The notes beneath the pieces were generated by a model, which worked only from the letters and a program-made list of their open reading frames with translations, did not search any database and was not told the DNA's origin. Below are positions 9,841 through 20,057 of a DNA stretch of 64,000 bases, piece by piece; position 1 is the first letter of the stretch; the number at the start of each line of letters is the position of its first letter. The DNA comes from Candidatus Cloacimonadales bacterium (GTDB lineage Bacteria > Cloacimonadota > Cloacimonadia > Cloacimonadales > JAIOQZ01), in NCBI GenBank assembly GCA_963662655.2, contig CAXXTU010000002.1:3552001-3616000 (forward strand), read 5' to 3'. Position numbers and translations under genes: made by a program.

Positions 9841-10329
9841 ATGGCAGAAAAACGCGTTTCATTTCTGGTTGAAAGCCATCTGGGCAGGCTGGCGAAATGG
9901 CTCCGCTTTCTTGGGTACGACGTTGCTTCCTACAAGGGCGCGACCTTCACGAATCTCGCCCGTCTGGCAGCAAAGGAGAGGCGGGTTCTCCTCACCCGGT
10001 CCGAGAAACAAGCGCGTTCCGAGTGGAAATTCGCCCGGCGATTGATTGCCTCGGATGACTACCGCATGCAGCTTCGGGAACTCGCCGATCTGATCGAGAT
10101 CGATCCTGATATCGCCGGAAGCCGTTGCATCCACTGCAATCGGCCGCTTTACACCATCGCCCGGGAGAAAGTGAGATCGCTCGTCCCGGAATATGTATAT
10201 GAAACGCAAGCGGATTTCGTGATCTGCCGAAAGTGTGGTCACGTCTTCTGGCGCGGGACGCATTACGATAAAATGATCGAGATGCTTTATTCCCTGCTGC
10301 AAGGGGATGTAGCGGAAACAAGTCGATAA
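9841..10329 (+). CDS. Mut7-C RNase domain protein (PIN-like plus Zn ribbon)
   Basis: LGRLAKWLRFLGYD, RVLLTR, RCIHCN...CRKCGHVFWRGTH. Confidence 0.9.
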   Translation: MAEKRVSFLVESHLGRLAKWLRFLGYDVASYKGATFTNLARLAAKERRVLLTRSEKQARSEWKFARRLIASDDYRMQLRELADLIEIDPDIAGSRCIHCNRPLYTIAREKVRSLVPEYVYETQADFVICRKCGHVFWRGTHYDKMIEMLYSLLQGDVAETSR

Positions 10330-10573
10330 CCCTTCCAAAAAAAACAAAGAAACATTTTGACAAAAATCAAGAGGGCGCGGACTATCGCCTGTATGTGAAA
10401 TTCTTAACTGCATGCGTTGCAAAGAGATAACCATAACATGCTGGAATCTGGAAAGATAGCGACTACACCGTTTAGGTTGTTGATTTGCAGTAGATTATGA
10501 ATTTCGTATGAATTCACAGGATTTTCATGTGAAATCGTATCTCCTTATGGCGAAATAAGTTACTGGGGTTATC

Positions 10574-13500
10574 ATGGCTTTTGTACATTTACACAATCAC
10601 ACGCAATACAGTATGCTCGACGGCGCATGCCGCACAGATAAAATCGTCGACCTCGCAAAGCAATACAACATGCCGGCCGTGGCGATGACCGATCATGGAA
10701 ACATGTTCGGAACCATCGATTTCTTCAACAAGGCGAAGAGGGCCGGTATCAAGCCCATCATCGGCATGGAGGCTTATATCGTGAACGGTGAGCTGGAGAA
10801 TCCGGCCACCAAGAACGATCTCCGGCATCACCTTGTTTTGCTGGTTCAGAACACCGCCGGTTACAATAACCTCATGAAGCTCACCTCGAAATCCTACACG
10901 GATGGGTTCTATTACAAGCCGCGGATCAGTAAATCGCTTCTCAAGAAGCATTCCGAGGGGCTTGTGTGCCTTTCCGCCTGCCTGCACGGAGAAATCCCGC
11001 ATCTGCTTCTCGATGGCAAAAAGGAAGAAGCGCTCGAAGTGATTCAGTGGTATAAAGAAGTGTTCCCGGAACGTTTCTACATCGAACTCATGGATCACGG
11101 GCTGGAGGATGAGCGGAAAGTCAAGGGGCGATTGATCGAAATCGCTCGCGAGACTGACACCCCCATGGTGGTTACCAACGACTGCCATTACCTCCAGAAG
11201 GAAGACGCCGAAGCGCACGATGTCCTGCTTTGTATCCAGACAGGGAAATCGCTGGGCGATCCCAATCGCATGCGTTATGAGACGACACAGCTCTACTTCA
11301 AGAACGAAGAGGAGATGCGCAAGCTCTTCCCGGACGTACCCGATGCTTACGAGAACACCGTAAAGATCGCAGAGACGATCGACTTCGAGCTTCCCTACAA
11401 GAATTTCCTCTTCCCGAAAATCGATATCCCCGAGCAATACAAGGACAGCTACGAATACTTCCGCGCACTGGTCTATGAGGGTACCAAGACCCGCTATCCC
11501 GAGATGACCGACGAAGTGAAGGAACGCATCGAGTTCGAGATCGACGTGATCCATCGAATGGGTTATATCGATTATTTCCTGATTGTGAAGGACTTCATCG
11601 ACGCGGCGCGCGATCGCGGAATTCCGGTAGGCCCCGGGCGTGGTTCCGCCGCGGGAAGTATCGTCGCCTATCTGCTGGATATCACGCAGCTCGATCCACT
11701 CGAGTATGGCCTCCTCTTCGAGCGTTTCCTCGACCTCAAGCGTGTGGGAATGCCGGATATCGATATCGACTTCTGCGCCGAGGGACGCGGAGAGGTCATC
11801 AACTACGTGGTCGAGAAATACGGCCGCAACGCGGTGACGCAGATTGTCACGTTCACGACGCTGGGCGCGAAATCGGTGATCAAGGACGTGGCGAGGGTAT
11901 TGGATATCCCTGCCGCAGAGGCGAACCAGATCACCAAGAAGATGCCCGGCGGGCCAAAATCAACCATCGATTCCTCCCTTCGGGATTCCTCGGAGTTTTC
12001 CGAGCTGATGGACAGCCGCGAGGATTATCGTCAGATACTTAAATACAGCAAGGTTCTCGAGGGCCTTGTCCGTCAGATCGGCGTCCATGCCGCGGGTGTG
12101 GTGATCGGCCCCGGCGATCTTTCCGACTACGTTCCCCTGGCCGTAAGCAGCCAGAAGGATGGACCTTCCGCGCTGCTTGTGCAGTACGAGGGAAAATGGC
12201 TGGACGATCTCAAGCTTCTGAAGATGGATTTCCTGGGACTGAAGACCCTTACCATCATACGTCGCACGCTGGAATTGATCAAGACCTACAAGGGCGTGGA
12301 TGTCGATATCGAAAACGTCGATCTGGACGATCGCGCTGCGTACGAGCTTCTCTCCAGGGGGCAGACGGACGGTATCTTCCAGTTTGAATCCGCCGGGATG
12401 AAGAAATATCTGCAAGAGCTCAAGCCCAACGTCTTTGCCGACCTCGTAGCGATGGTTGCGCTTTACCGCCCGGGTCCGATGCAGTTCATCGATACGTTCA
12501 TCAACCGCAAGCACGGTAGGGAGAAGGTCGCTTACGATCACCCGCTCGCCGAGGAGATTCTCAAGGAGACCTACGGCGTCACCGTCTATCAGGAACAGGT
12601 GATGCAGATCGCGAAGGTCATGGCCGGTTTCTCCAGCGCGGATGCGGGTGTTCTGCGAAAGGCGATCAGCAAGAAGAAACGCGACATGATGGAAGAGCTG
12701 CACATCAAGTTCCGCGAAGGATGTGTGCAGAAAGGCGTCAAGGCACAGGTTGCAGACAAGATATGGAACGACTGGGAAGGCTTCGCGGATTACGCTTTCA
12801 ACAAGAGCCACTCCGCTTGCTACGCTTTCATCGCCTTCCAGACAGCCTGGCTCAAGTCGCATTACCCGGTGGAGTTTATGACCGCGATCCTCTCAGTGGA
12901 AGACGATCCCTCGAAGATTCCCTATTTCCTCGATGAGTGCCGCAACATGGAAATCAAGGTGATTCCGCCGGACATCAACAAGAGCATCGAGGCTTTTTCG
13001 GTGGAGGACGACAAGATTCTGTTTGGGCTGAGGGGAATCAAGAACGTGGGTTCCGCCGCGATCAACGCCATCGTGAGCGAACGGCAGAAAGGTGGGGAAT
13101 TCAAGTCGATCTTCGAATTCTGCACACGCGTGGACACCATGGCCGTGAACCGCTCGGTGATCGAGAGCCTCATCTGCGCCGGAGCTATGGATTGTCTGGA
13201 GGGGAAGCGCTCTCAGAAGTGTGCGGTTATCGAAGATGCGCTCAACCACGGTAACATTGTTCAGCAGGAGCGGAACAGCGCTCAGATCAGCCTGTTCGAC
13301 GTGATGTCCGACACGATGAAAGCCGAGGAGCACGAACCGCAGTTGCCGGAGATCGAGAAGGACTGGGCGCTCAACTACAAGCTGGAGCAGGAGAAGAAGT
13401 ATCTCGGTTTCTACATCTCCGGCCATCCGCTGATGCAGCACAAGCCGATTCTGGAGCTCTACACGAACATCAACACAAAAACATACGCGACCAAAGACAT

Positions 13501-14026
13501 GCCCGGTTTCATCAAGATCGCCGGCATTGTCAGCGATATCTCGGTGAAAAGCGACCGGCAGGGGAAGCCATATTCCTACATCACGTTCGAGGACCTCTAC
13601 GGCAAGTTCGAAATGGGACTCTTCTCGGACGATTACGTGCAGTTCCATCACATGCTCGAGATGGGCAAGGAGTTCCTGATCATCGGGCGGAAACGGAACG
13701 GAACGAACGGAGACGACTCGAAGCTGAGAATTTACCCCAAGAGAATTATTCCTTTGCAAAAACTGCCGCAAGAGGCTGGTGAATTGGAAATAGCGCTCAA
13801 ACAGGAAGGTGCCGGGCCGGACTTGGCAAAAATATTACTTGAACAAAATCGAAAGAATCCCGGAAATGTAAAGTTACGCTTTCGCGTATCGACAAAACGT
13901 TTCAAGGAGCTGATTTTAATCCCGGATACGCTGAGTTTATACCCTGGTGGAGAGTTTATGAAAACAGTTGAGCCGTTCCTGGCCAGAAAGCCTTTTGTGG
14001 TTCTCGATTGTGAGAAGAATCGGTAG
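10574..14026 (+). CDS. dnaE: DNA polymerase III alpha subunit
   Basis: PHP domain (HLHNHTQYSMLDG, TDHGNMFG), GPGRGSAAGS, MPDIDIDF, YAFNKSH, C-terminal OB fold; 1150 aa. Confidence 0.98.
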   Translation: MAFVHLHNHTQYSMLDGACRTDKIVDLAKQYNMPAVAMTDHGNMFGTIDFFNKAKRAGIKPIIGMEAYIVNGELENPATKNDLRHHLVLLVQNTAGYNNLMKLTSKSYTDGFYYKPRISKSLLKKHSEGLVCLSACLHGEIPHLLLDGKKEEALEVIQWYKEVFPERFYIELMDHGLEDERKVKGRLIEIARETDTPMVVTNDCHYLQKEDAEAHDVLLCIQTGKSLGDPNRMRYETTQLYFKNEEEMRKLFPDVPDAYENTVKIAETIDFELPYKNFLFPKIDIPEQYKDSYEYFRALVYEGTKTRYPEMTDEVKERIEFEIDVIHRMGYIDYFLIVKDFIDAARDRGIPVGPGRGSAAGSIVAYLLDITQLDPLEYGLLFERFLDLKRVGMPDIDIDFCAEGRGEVINYVVEKYGRNAVTQIVTFTTLGAKSVIKDVARVLDIPAAEANQITKKMPGGPKSTIDSSLRDSSEFSELMDSREDYRQILKYSKVLEGLVRQIGVHAAGVVIGPGDLSDYVPLAVSSQKDGPSALLVQYEGKWLDDLKLLKMDFLGLKTLTIIRRTLELIKTYKGVDVDIENVDLDDRAAYELLSRGQTDGIFQFESAGMKKYLQELKPNVFADLVAMVALYRPGPMQFIDTFINRKHGREKVAYDHPLAEEILKETYGVTVYQEQVMQIAKVMAGFSSADAGVLRKAISKKKRDMMEELHIKFREGCVQKGVKAQVADKIWNDWEGFADYAFNKSHSACYAFIAFQTAWLKSHYPVEFMTAILSVEDDPSKIPYFLDECRNMEIKVIPPDINKSIEAFSVEDDKILFGLRGIKNVGSAAINAIVSERQKGGEFKSIFEFCTRVDTMAVNRSVIESLICAGAMDCLEGKRSQKCAVIEDALNHGNIVQQERNSAQISLFDVMSDTMKAEEHEPQLPEIEKDWALNYKLEQEKKYLGFYISGHPLMQHKPILELYTNINTKTYATKDMPGFIKIAGIVSDISVKSDRQGKPYSYITFEDLYGKFEMGLFSDDYVQFHHMLEMGKEFLIIGRKRNGTNGDDSKLRIYPKRIIPLQKLPQEAGELEIALKQEGAGPDLAKILLEQNRKNPGNVKLRFRVSTKRFKELILIPDTLSLYPGGEFMKTVEPFLARKPFVVLDCEKNR

Positions 14027-15152
14027 AAACGCATTCTCATGGGTATTGCTTGTTGCAATATTGCAGGCGATTTCATCGCTGGGCGCATTTACGATTCAGC
14101 ATGAGAAGGTTGGGGAGACCAGCTTCTTCACGCTTTTCATCCCATTCGAAAGCCTCCACTTCCAGTTGCAGGATTCAATATATGTCAGCAAGACGGAAGT
14201 AACGCTGAACCTCGTGAACGAGGCGGAGAAGAATTTCTACCACGAGCTTTCGACCTTTGAAATCACTTCGGACGATCTGAACCGGATACACTCGCGATCC
14301 CTCCAAATGCACTTTTCCACCAAGGCGATATCGGGGAACATCTCAGCCTTCCTCAAGGTAAAAAATGTGCTGCAAGGGACCCTCCAGCAGGAATTATTCA
14401 CATTCGAGCCGCCGTACGAGAACCGCATGCAGACTTCGCCGCTCATCTTGTTCCGCAAGAGCGGATACGAGTTTGTCACGCAGTTTCCGTTCGACGGAGC
14501 CCTGGCGGATTCCGTGTCCATCACGCAGCATTTCAATCTCCCGCCGGATAGTTTGCAGGTAGTCGTGAACGACCGTGTCTTATGGAAATGGGATACTCCG
14601 GGGCCGAATCTCGATGTGACGCTTCCCATGGAGAATTGCGTCTATCATGGGATCAACGTCCGGACGTTCTTCGGCAATCGGACGATCAGCGTCGATGAGC
14701 AACGGCCTTATTCATCGCCATACGAAGAGCGATATCCGCCGAAGATTCAGATACGGCAAATGGAGATCATCATGCTGAGCGCCGATATTCAGCAGGCGCG
14801 GATGATCAGGAAGGGAGAGCTTGCGGAATACATCGAACAATACTGGAAGCGAAACGACCCCACTCCGGAAACCGAGTACAACGAGAATCGCGAGTATTTC
14901 ATTCATCGTGTCATGGAAGCCGACAGGCGTTTCGGTCTGAAAGGCTTCATGGACGGCTGGAGAACGGATCAAGGGAAAATATTGATTAAATATGGCGAAC
15001 CGGAAGAGGTGTACAAGGAGAGCTTCCCGATAGGGACATATCCGTACATCATCTGGTATTATTACTCGATTGATAAGCAATTTATTTTCTACGACAAGAA
15101 AGGGTTTGGGTATTATGAGCTTGAAGAAAAATGGTACATTGACCGCTACTAA
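14010..15152 (+). CDS. GWxTD domain-containing exported protein
   Basis: Likely GTG start at 14010 overlapping the dnaE end; signal-like stretch; YWKRNDPTPETEYNE...GWRTDQGKILIKYGEP. Confidence 0.85.
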   Translation: MRRIGRNAFSWVLLVAILQAISSLGAFTIQHEKVGETSFFTLFIPFESLHFQLQDSIYVSKTEVTLNLVNEAEKNFYHELSTFEITSDDLNRIHSRSLQMHFSTKAISGNISAFLKVKNVLQGTLQQELFTFEPPYENRMQTSPLILFRKSGYEFVTQFPFDGALADSVSITQHFNLPPDSLQVVVNDRVLWKWDTPGPNLDVTLPMENCVYHGINVRTFFGNRTISVDEQRPYSSPYEERYPPKIQIRQMEIIMLSADIQQARMIRKGELAEYIEQYWKRNDPTPETEYNENREYFIHRVMEADRRFGLKGFMDGWRTDQGKILIKYGEPEEVYKESFPIGTYPYIIWYYYSIDKQFIFYDKKGFGYYELEEKWYIDRY

Positions 15153-16482
15153 GACCATCCTGTTGCTGGTAGCGCTTTTCACGGTTATAACCGCATCAGC
15201 CGAAGAACTGAATTTTTACGCGAAAACAACACGCTTCCTCGCTGCCGAAGGAAACACCTCGTTTGAGATTGTGTACAAAGTTCCCTACAAAGAGCTGGCG
15301 TTCGAGCAGAAAGAGGATCGCTTCGAGGCGAACTTGCGGGTCGCGATTGTCATCGAGCAAGGCGAAAAGAGATCGGTGGTGAAACAGTTCGATAATCCGA
15401 TCATCACGTTAGATCAGCAGAAGACAGTTTCGAACACAGAGTTCTACATGGATAAAATCTCCCTCACGCTCAGCAAGGGGATGATGATGGAGCTTGATTT
15501 CATCGATACGAATTCCCTGAACGAGGGCATATATCGCAAGGATCTGGTGTTGCTTACGCCGGATGAGGTTCTGAGCGACATCGAGATATGCACGAACGTT
15601 TTCATCGATACGACAAGGCGCTATGTGAAATTCAGCCGTGGCGACACGCTTTATATATCGTCCCCGGATCGAGTATTCAACTTGCAGAACAATAAAAAGC
15701 TCTATATGAATTACCAGGTCATCAATCTGGAGCAAACCGGGCAGGGATCCGCCCAATACGAAGAGATCATGACGATCACCAAGGGTGATGTGATCGTATC
15801 GCAAACAAACGATTCGGGATATCTGGATCGCAAAAACAAGTTCATGCTGAAGACGTTTGATTTAACGAATTATCAATCGGGTAAATACAATGTCCAGCTC
15901 ACGTTGAAGGATGTCCAATCGGGTAAAGAGACCATGCGTGAAGGTATGTTCATCGTCAGGGCTGGCGAAAAGACAAGATATCGTATGTTCACGGATATCA
16001 ACGACGATCTTCAGCTGGTCAAGACCTTTCTCCCGATCAAGGAGCAGAATGTTCTGGAAACCCTGAGTGAAGATGCGATAGACAACTATATCGATCACTT
16101 CTGGCGCGTGAACGATATCGATCCCAGTACGGAGAAAAACGAGTTTTTCGAGTTGATCCAGGAGCGAGTGAATCATGTGAATGGCAAGTTCTCGAGATTC
16201 GATAATGGCTGGAAAACAGATCAGGGACGCATTTACCTCCGCTACGGCGAACCGGCCGAGATCACGTCCGACTTCACGGATCCTTCACAAACACGTTTCG
16301 CGACGAAAGAGTATCAGATATGGAAATACGAAACGCCCGAACGGCGGGTCTACTTATTCATCGACAACATGATGAATGGCAATTTCCAGCTCGTGTATGT
16401 TACCAACGACGACAAAGAGCAAACGCTCCCGAGTTGGCAGCGTTATTTCGGGGACGATTTCGACGAATCAGCCCTCCAATAA
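15115..16482 (+). CDS. GWxTD domain-containing exported protein (second paralog)
   Basis: Signal peptide; FWRVNDIDPSTEKNE...GWKTDQGRIYLRYGEP; start approximate (15115). Confidence 0.87.
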   Translation: MSLKKNGTLTATKTILLLVALFTVITASAEELNFYAKTTRFLAAEGNTSFEIVYKVPYKELAFEQKEDRFEANLRVAIVIEQGEKRSVVKQFDNPIITLDQQKTVSNTEFYMDKISLTLSKGMMMELDFIDTNSLNEGIYRKDLVLLTPDEVLSDIEICTNVFIDTTRRYVKFSRGDTLYISSPDRVFNLQNNKKLYMNYQVINLEQTGQGSAQYEEIMTITKGDVIVSQTNDSGYLDRKNKFMLKTFDLTNYQSGKYNVQLTLKDVQSGKETMREGMFIVRAGEKTRYRMFTDINDDLQLVKTFLPIKEQNVLETLSEDAIDNYIDHFWRVNDIDPSTEKNEFFELIQERVNHVNGKFSRFDNGWKTDQGRIYLRYGEPAEITSDFTDPSQTRFATKEYQIWKYETPERRVYLFIDNMMNGNFQLVYVTNDDKEQTLPSWQRYFGDDFDESALQ

Positions 16483-16842
16483 ATCGCCCCTGAATGCGTC
16501 TTCGAGATGCTCGATCCTGAAGCAATTATTTTTTTCTGGAATGATGCCGACAACATCGAATCGAATGAGGTTGTCGGCAACTTCTGGATGCGATTGAAGA
16601 TACAGTGTTGCCGTCTTCAATATCTTTCGTTGTTTAGCAGTTGTAACGCTCGAAAAGGCGTTTTCCAAAAGGTTTTTTCTTGCTTTTACTTCAACGAATA
16701 TGATAGTATGGTCTCGGGATTCGGCGATGATATCGACCTCACCGTATTTACACCGATAGTTCCTCTCGATAATCGAGAATCCTTTCTTTTGCAGAAAAGA
16801 TGCGGCAACCTGCTCCATTGCGAGTCCTGATATTTTGTGCAT
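16468..16842 (-). CDS. yraN: YraN family (UPF0102) putative nuclease
   Basis: IIERNYRCKYGEVDIIA, FVEVKAR, RFDVVGI. Confidence 0.92.
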   Translation of the reverse strand: MHKISGLAMEQVAASFLQKKGFSIIERNYRCKYGEVDIIAESRDHTIIFVEVKARKNLLENAFSSVTTAKQRKILKTATLYLQSHPEVADNLIRFDVVGIIPEKNNCFRIEHLEDAFRGDLLEG

Positions 16843-16979
16843 GGAGTAAAAAAATAACTTGACTATCCGCTGTCAAATTTTAAATGTTATATTGGTTTAA
16901 TGGGAAAAACTTGCAGGTTTATGGTCTGCAATGACTTAGACAAAAAAGAATTGAATAAATGAATCCAGGAGGTTATGGA

Positions 16980-18023
16980 ATGAAAGCAAGAAATCTGTTT
17001 TTCTTGACTGTGTTGGTTTTAATTTTTGCCGGCAGCTTAAATGCTGTGCCTTTTACATGCCTCGGCTATATGAAGGTGCCAACTGGCTACGTACTCCCTC
17101 ATCTGATGGGAGAGGTGTCTGTTGTTGGTTACTCGGGGCCGGGTGTTCAAGAGATCGATACCTACATCGGAAGTGACGGCACGGAGAAACTCGTCGATTC
17201 AGATGATATCGATAACCAGATAACCTATGCAGCTGTTGTGAATTTCGGGTTCTACGATCGAGTTGATTTAGGGCTTGTATACAATGGCGTTGGCCTTTTC
17301 TATGCCAACATGAAGGCTCAGATTGTTTTTGAATCTGAAACAATGCCTGCAATCGCGGTCGGTTTGGATAACATGTTCTCAGAGTATAAAGACAGTTACC
17401 GCGACAGCGATGCCGAGGGTCGTGACAAGACTGTCGAGTACAATTTTGCCGACAGAGACGACTATACTGCGTGGTCACCCTACATCGTGCTTTCCAAGGC
17501 AACGGTTTTACGCGGTCTTGCCTTTTTTGAACAACTCGAAACCGTGGTGACTGTCGGCTGGGGCCAGAACCGCTTCGAAGGAAACCGGCACATATCCAAG
17601 AGACTCGGCGGTTTGTTTGGGGCGATTGAGTTCAAGCCGTTACCTTATATGTCTGTGGTAGGCGAGATGGATGGTTACAACTTCAACGCTGCCGTGAATT
17701 TCTTCTATACCAATTACGAAGCCCGTTTGGGTCTGTATCGTGTCGAGGAGATGGGAAGAGACGGTCGCGAAGACCCCAAGATCGCTTTGAATCTCAAATA
17801 CACCTTCGACTCCATATCCGAAGTCAAGGCTGCAGGAAAAACCAAGCGTTACAGCCCCACAGCGGAAGTTGTTCCTGAACGTCGTGGAACGCGTGTCCTC
17901 AGAAAGAGCACCGAAAGTACGACTGATAACCCGCTTCTTGAAGAATTGGAAGCAATCAGAGCAAAACGTCGCCAAGCGGAGAAAGAACTGGAAGAAATCA
18001 GAAAAGTACTTGAAGAAGAGTAA
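16980..18023 (+). CDS. Putative outer-membrane beta-barrel (YjbH-like) with C-terminal coiled coil
   Basis: AGGAGG SD; signal peptide; G-x-M-x-VPTG start, PAIAVG, amphipathic strands, LFGAIE; tail LLEELEAIRAKRRQAEKELEEIRKVLEEE. Confidence 0.65.
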   Translation: MKARNLFFLTVLVLIFAGSLNAVPFTCLGYMKVPTGYVLPHLMGEVSVVGYSGPGVQEIDTYIGSDGTEKLVDSDDIDNQITYAAVVNFGFYDRVDLGLVYNGVGLFYANMKAQIVFESETMPAIAVGLDNMFSEYKDSYRDSDAEGRDKTVEYNFADRDDYTAWSPYIVLSKATVLRGLAFFEQLETVVTVGWGQNRFEGNRHISKRLGGLFGAIEFKPLPYMSVVGEMDGYNFNAAVNFFYTNYEARLGLYRVEEMGRDGREDPKIALNLKYTFDSISEVKAAGKTKRYSPTAEVVPERRGTRVLRKSTESTTDNPLLEELEAIRAKRRQAEKELEEIRKVLEEE

Positions 18024-18025
18024 TT

Positions 18026-20053
18026 ATGAAAAAACGAATACTCCCGGTAGGGATACTTCTTGCATTGCTTTTATGCATGATTCCTCTGAGTGCTCAGTAT
18101 GAAGAAGAGGAAGTGCCGGTAGAGGTTCTCATTCAGGAAGAGCAAGATGCCCTGGATGACCTGTACAACGAAATAGGTCATCTTCGGGAGCTTGCGTTAC
18201 AAAAGAAAGCTCTCCTCAAGCTGGACAACGCTGGTGATAAGAGTGGGTTGCGCTCTTCCTTCGTGAAGGACAGGCAGTCATTGACGACCTTCCTGGATGA
18301 AGGTGATTACGCTGCCGCTCTTAATGCTTACATTGATCTTACATTGGTTTATCAGGGATTCGTTTCCCTGGAAGACCAGATGCTCTACTACGAGGGAGCG
18401 ATCTATTACGGGTATGGACGCAAGGTGAAGGCTCAACAGCTGTTCGAGCGACTCATAGGGAAATATCCGGATTCGATTTACTTCTCCGATGCCGTCAGGT
18501 ATCTCGAAGATATTTATATTCATGCGGGAATGGACGAGGAATTTCTTGCAATCGCGCAAAGAAACCCGAACCAGAACGATCCCCAGCATGTTTACTGGAT
18601 GGGGCAGGCCAACTATAATCTTGGAAACCTCGAAGAGGCCGAGAATATTTTTACCGGCTTGGGAAACGACGCGGATTACGGTTTTCGTAGTAGCTGCATG
18701 CTCAGCATGATCGGTTATTTCAGCTATGGTCTCGATTATGGCATCGAGAGCTTCCTGAATCTTGTTGTCGATTACCCTTCCGATGCACCGTATTTCTACT
18801 TCGTGTATCTGTCTCTTGCGAGACTGTATCAGGAACGTCAGGATTACGATAAGGCATTGTATTGCTACAATCAGTATCTGGCAATGTCCGATGCTCCGAT
18901 TGACGACGAATTCCGCTACGAACTCGTTGTAATGCTTCTCAAGATGGGGGATTTTAATCAGGCGAATGTCTATCTGAAAGAAATCATCGATAACCCCACC
19001 TCGTCAGCCTATTTCACGTCTGCAAGTTATCTTCTTGCAATCGTGAATATGGAGACGGGTGATCTCGATGGCGCTCGCGATAACATCAATGAAGCGCTCG
19101 CTACGACATCTCAAATTCTCGAGGCAATCAATCTCAAGAATGAACTGATGCAAAGACACGAATCTTTGATTCGCCAGTACGATCAGGCGATTTCGCTTGA
19201 AATGAAGAATAATCTCCTCAATCAGATACGAGGTATCGACGAGCAGATTATTGCCACGAGCAAAGCGCTGGAAACCCTCGGGACAGGCCTGACGGAAGAA
19301 GATTATATCCGTCTTCAGATATACGAAGAGGAACTCGCGTACTACAGCGAAACATTTGATAAAGTCAACTTGTTGACTCAAGTTGCCAATACAAAACCAA
19401 ACAAGAAGATACCCAAGCGAATCGACCAAAAGCTCGAAATCCTGGATGAATATGCGGTTCGAATCAACACACTGCAGCTTTTATCTAACCTCCAAGAGCT
19501 GAATCCGGGAGAATACGAGATGGCTTACGTGATATCGAGCGAGATGTACATTTCCCAGAAGACACTGGAGAAGTGGGAAGCCGTCAAGCTTGACGCACAG
19601 CGGAAAGGAAAGACGGAACTGGTTGGGAAGGCGGATCAGGCGATCAGACTTTTACAGGAAAACATCAGCTCCCTTTCAACGGTATCCATGTATACATTTG
19701 GTGAGCTTCGCACCAGCTCCGACATGCAACAGGAATTGGCCAGCGAAGTGGAAAATATCGAGAATTTGAGAAAAGAATTCGCATCGATTCGTCAACGCAC
19801 GGTTGATGAATACAACAAAAAACTCGCGAATCGGTTGAAACGCCTGGATGACCTTCTGGTGGAAGAAAACCTGGCAATGAAGGACCGCTATAACAAGTTC
19901 CTTTCGAAGCTTGAAAACACGGTGGAAGACACATCCGCGAAATACCGGTATACGCTTGTCGATATCCTTTACCGGGAATCGATGCTACTTGATCAGGAGT
20001 ATCAATCAAGACAAGCCGAGTATAAACAAAGTCTGAATAATTCTGGGGAATAA
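18026..20053 (+). CDS. Exported tetratricopeptide-repeat/coiled-coil protein (GltC-like position)
   Basis: Signal peptide; TPR helices (YWMGQANYNLGNLEEAENIF; YLSLARLYQERQDYDKALYCY); helical C-terminal half. Confidence 0.8.
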   Translation: MKKRILPVGILLALLLCMIPLSAQYEEEEVPVEVLIQEEQDALDDLYNEIGHLRELALQKKALLKLDNAGDKSGLRSSFVKDRQSLTTFLDEGDYAAALNAYIDLTLVYQGFVSLEDQMLYYEGAIYYGYGRKVKAQQLFERLIGKYPDSIYFSDAVRYLEDIYIHAGMDEEFLAIAQRNPNQNDPQHVYWMGQANYNLGNLEEAENIFTGLGNDADYGFRSSCMLSMIGYFSYGLDYGIESFLNLVVDYPSDAPYFYFVYLSLARLYQERQDYDKALYCYNQYLAMSDAPIDDEFRYELVVMLLKMGDFNQANVYLKEIIDNPTSSAYFTSASYLLAIVNMETGDLDGARDNINEALATTSQILEAINLKNELMQRHESLIRQYDQAISLEMKNNLLNQIRGIDEQIIATSKALETLGTGLTEEDYIRLQIYEEELAYYSETFDKVNLLTQVANTKPNKKIPKRIDQKLEILDEYAVRINTLQLLSNLQELNPGEYEMAYVISSEMYISQKTLEKWEAVKLDAQRKGKTELVGKADQAIRLLQENISSLSTVSMYTFGELRTSSDMQQELASEVENIENLRKEFASIRQRTVDEYNKKLANRLKRLDDLLVEENLAMKDRYNKFLSKLENTVEDTSAKYRYTLVDILYRESMLLDQEYQSRQAEYKQSLNNSGE

Positions 20054-20057
20054 CTAC

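Noticed and set aside
10589..13771. Long antisense ORFs (also within priA, the kinases and pgsB)
   Set aside because: Shadow frames caused by high GC3 codon bias opposite well-supported genes; no recognisable motifs.
10574..14026. Intein or split in dnaE
   Set aside because: Normal length and continuous motifs; no intein signatures.
16859..16876. TTGAC-N8-GTCAA palindrome between yraN and the motor operon
   Set aside because: Could simply be two opposed -35 hexamers of divergent promoters; no independent support for an operator.
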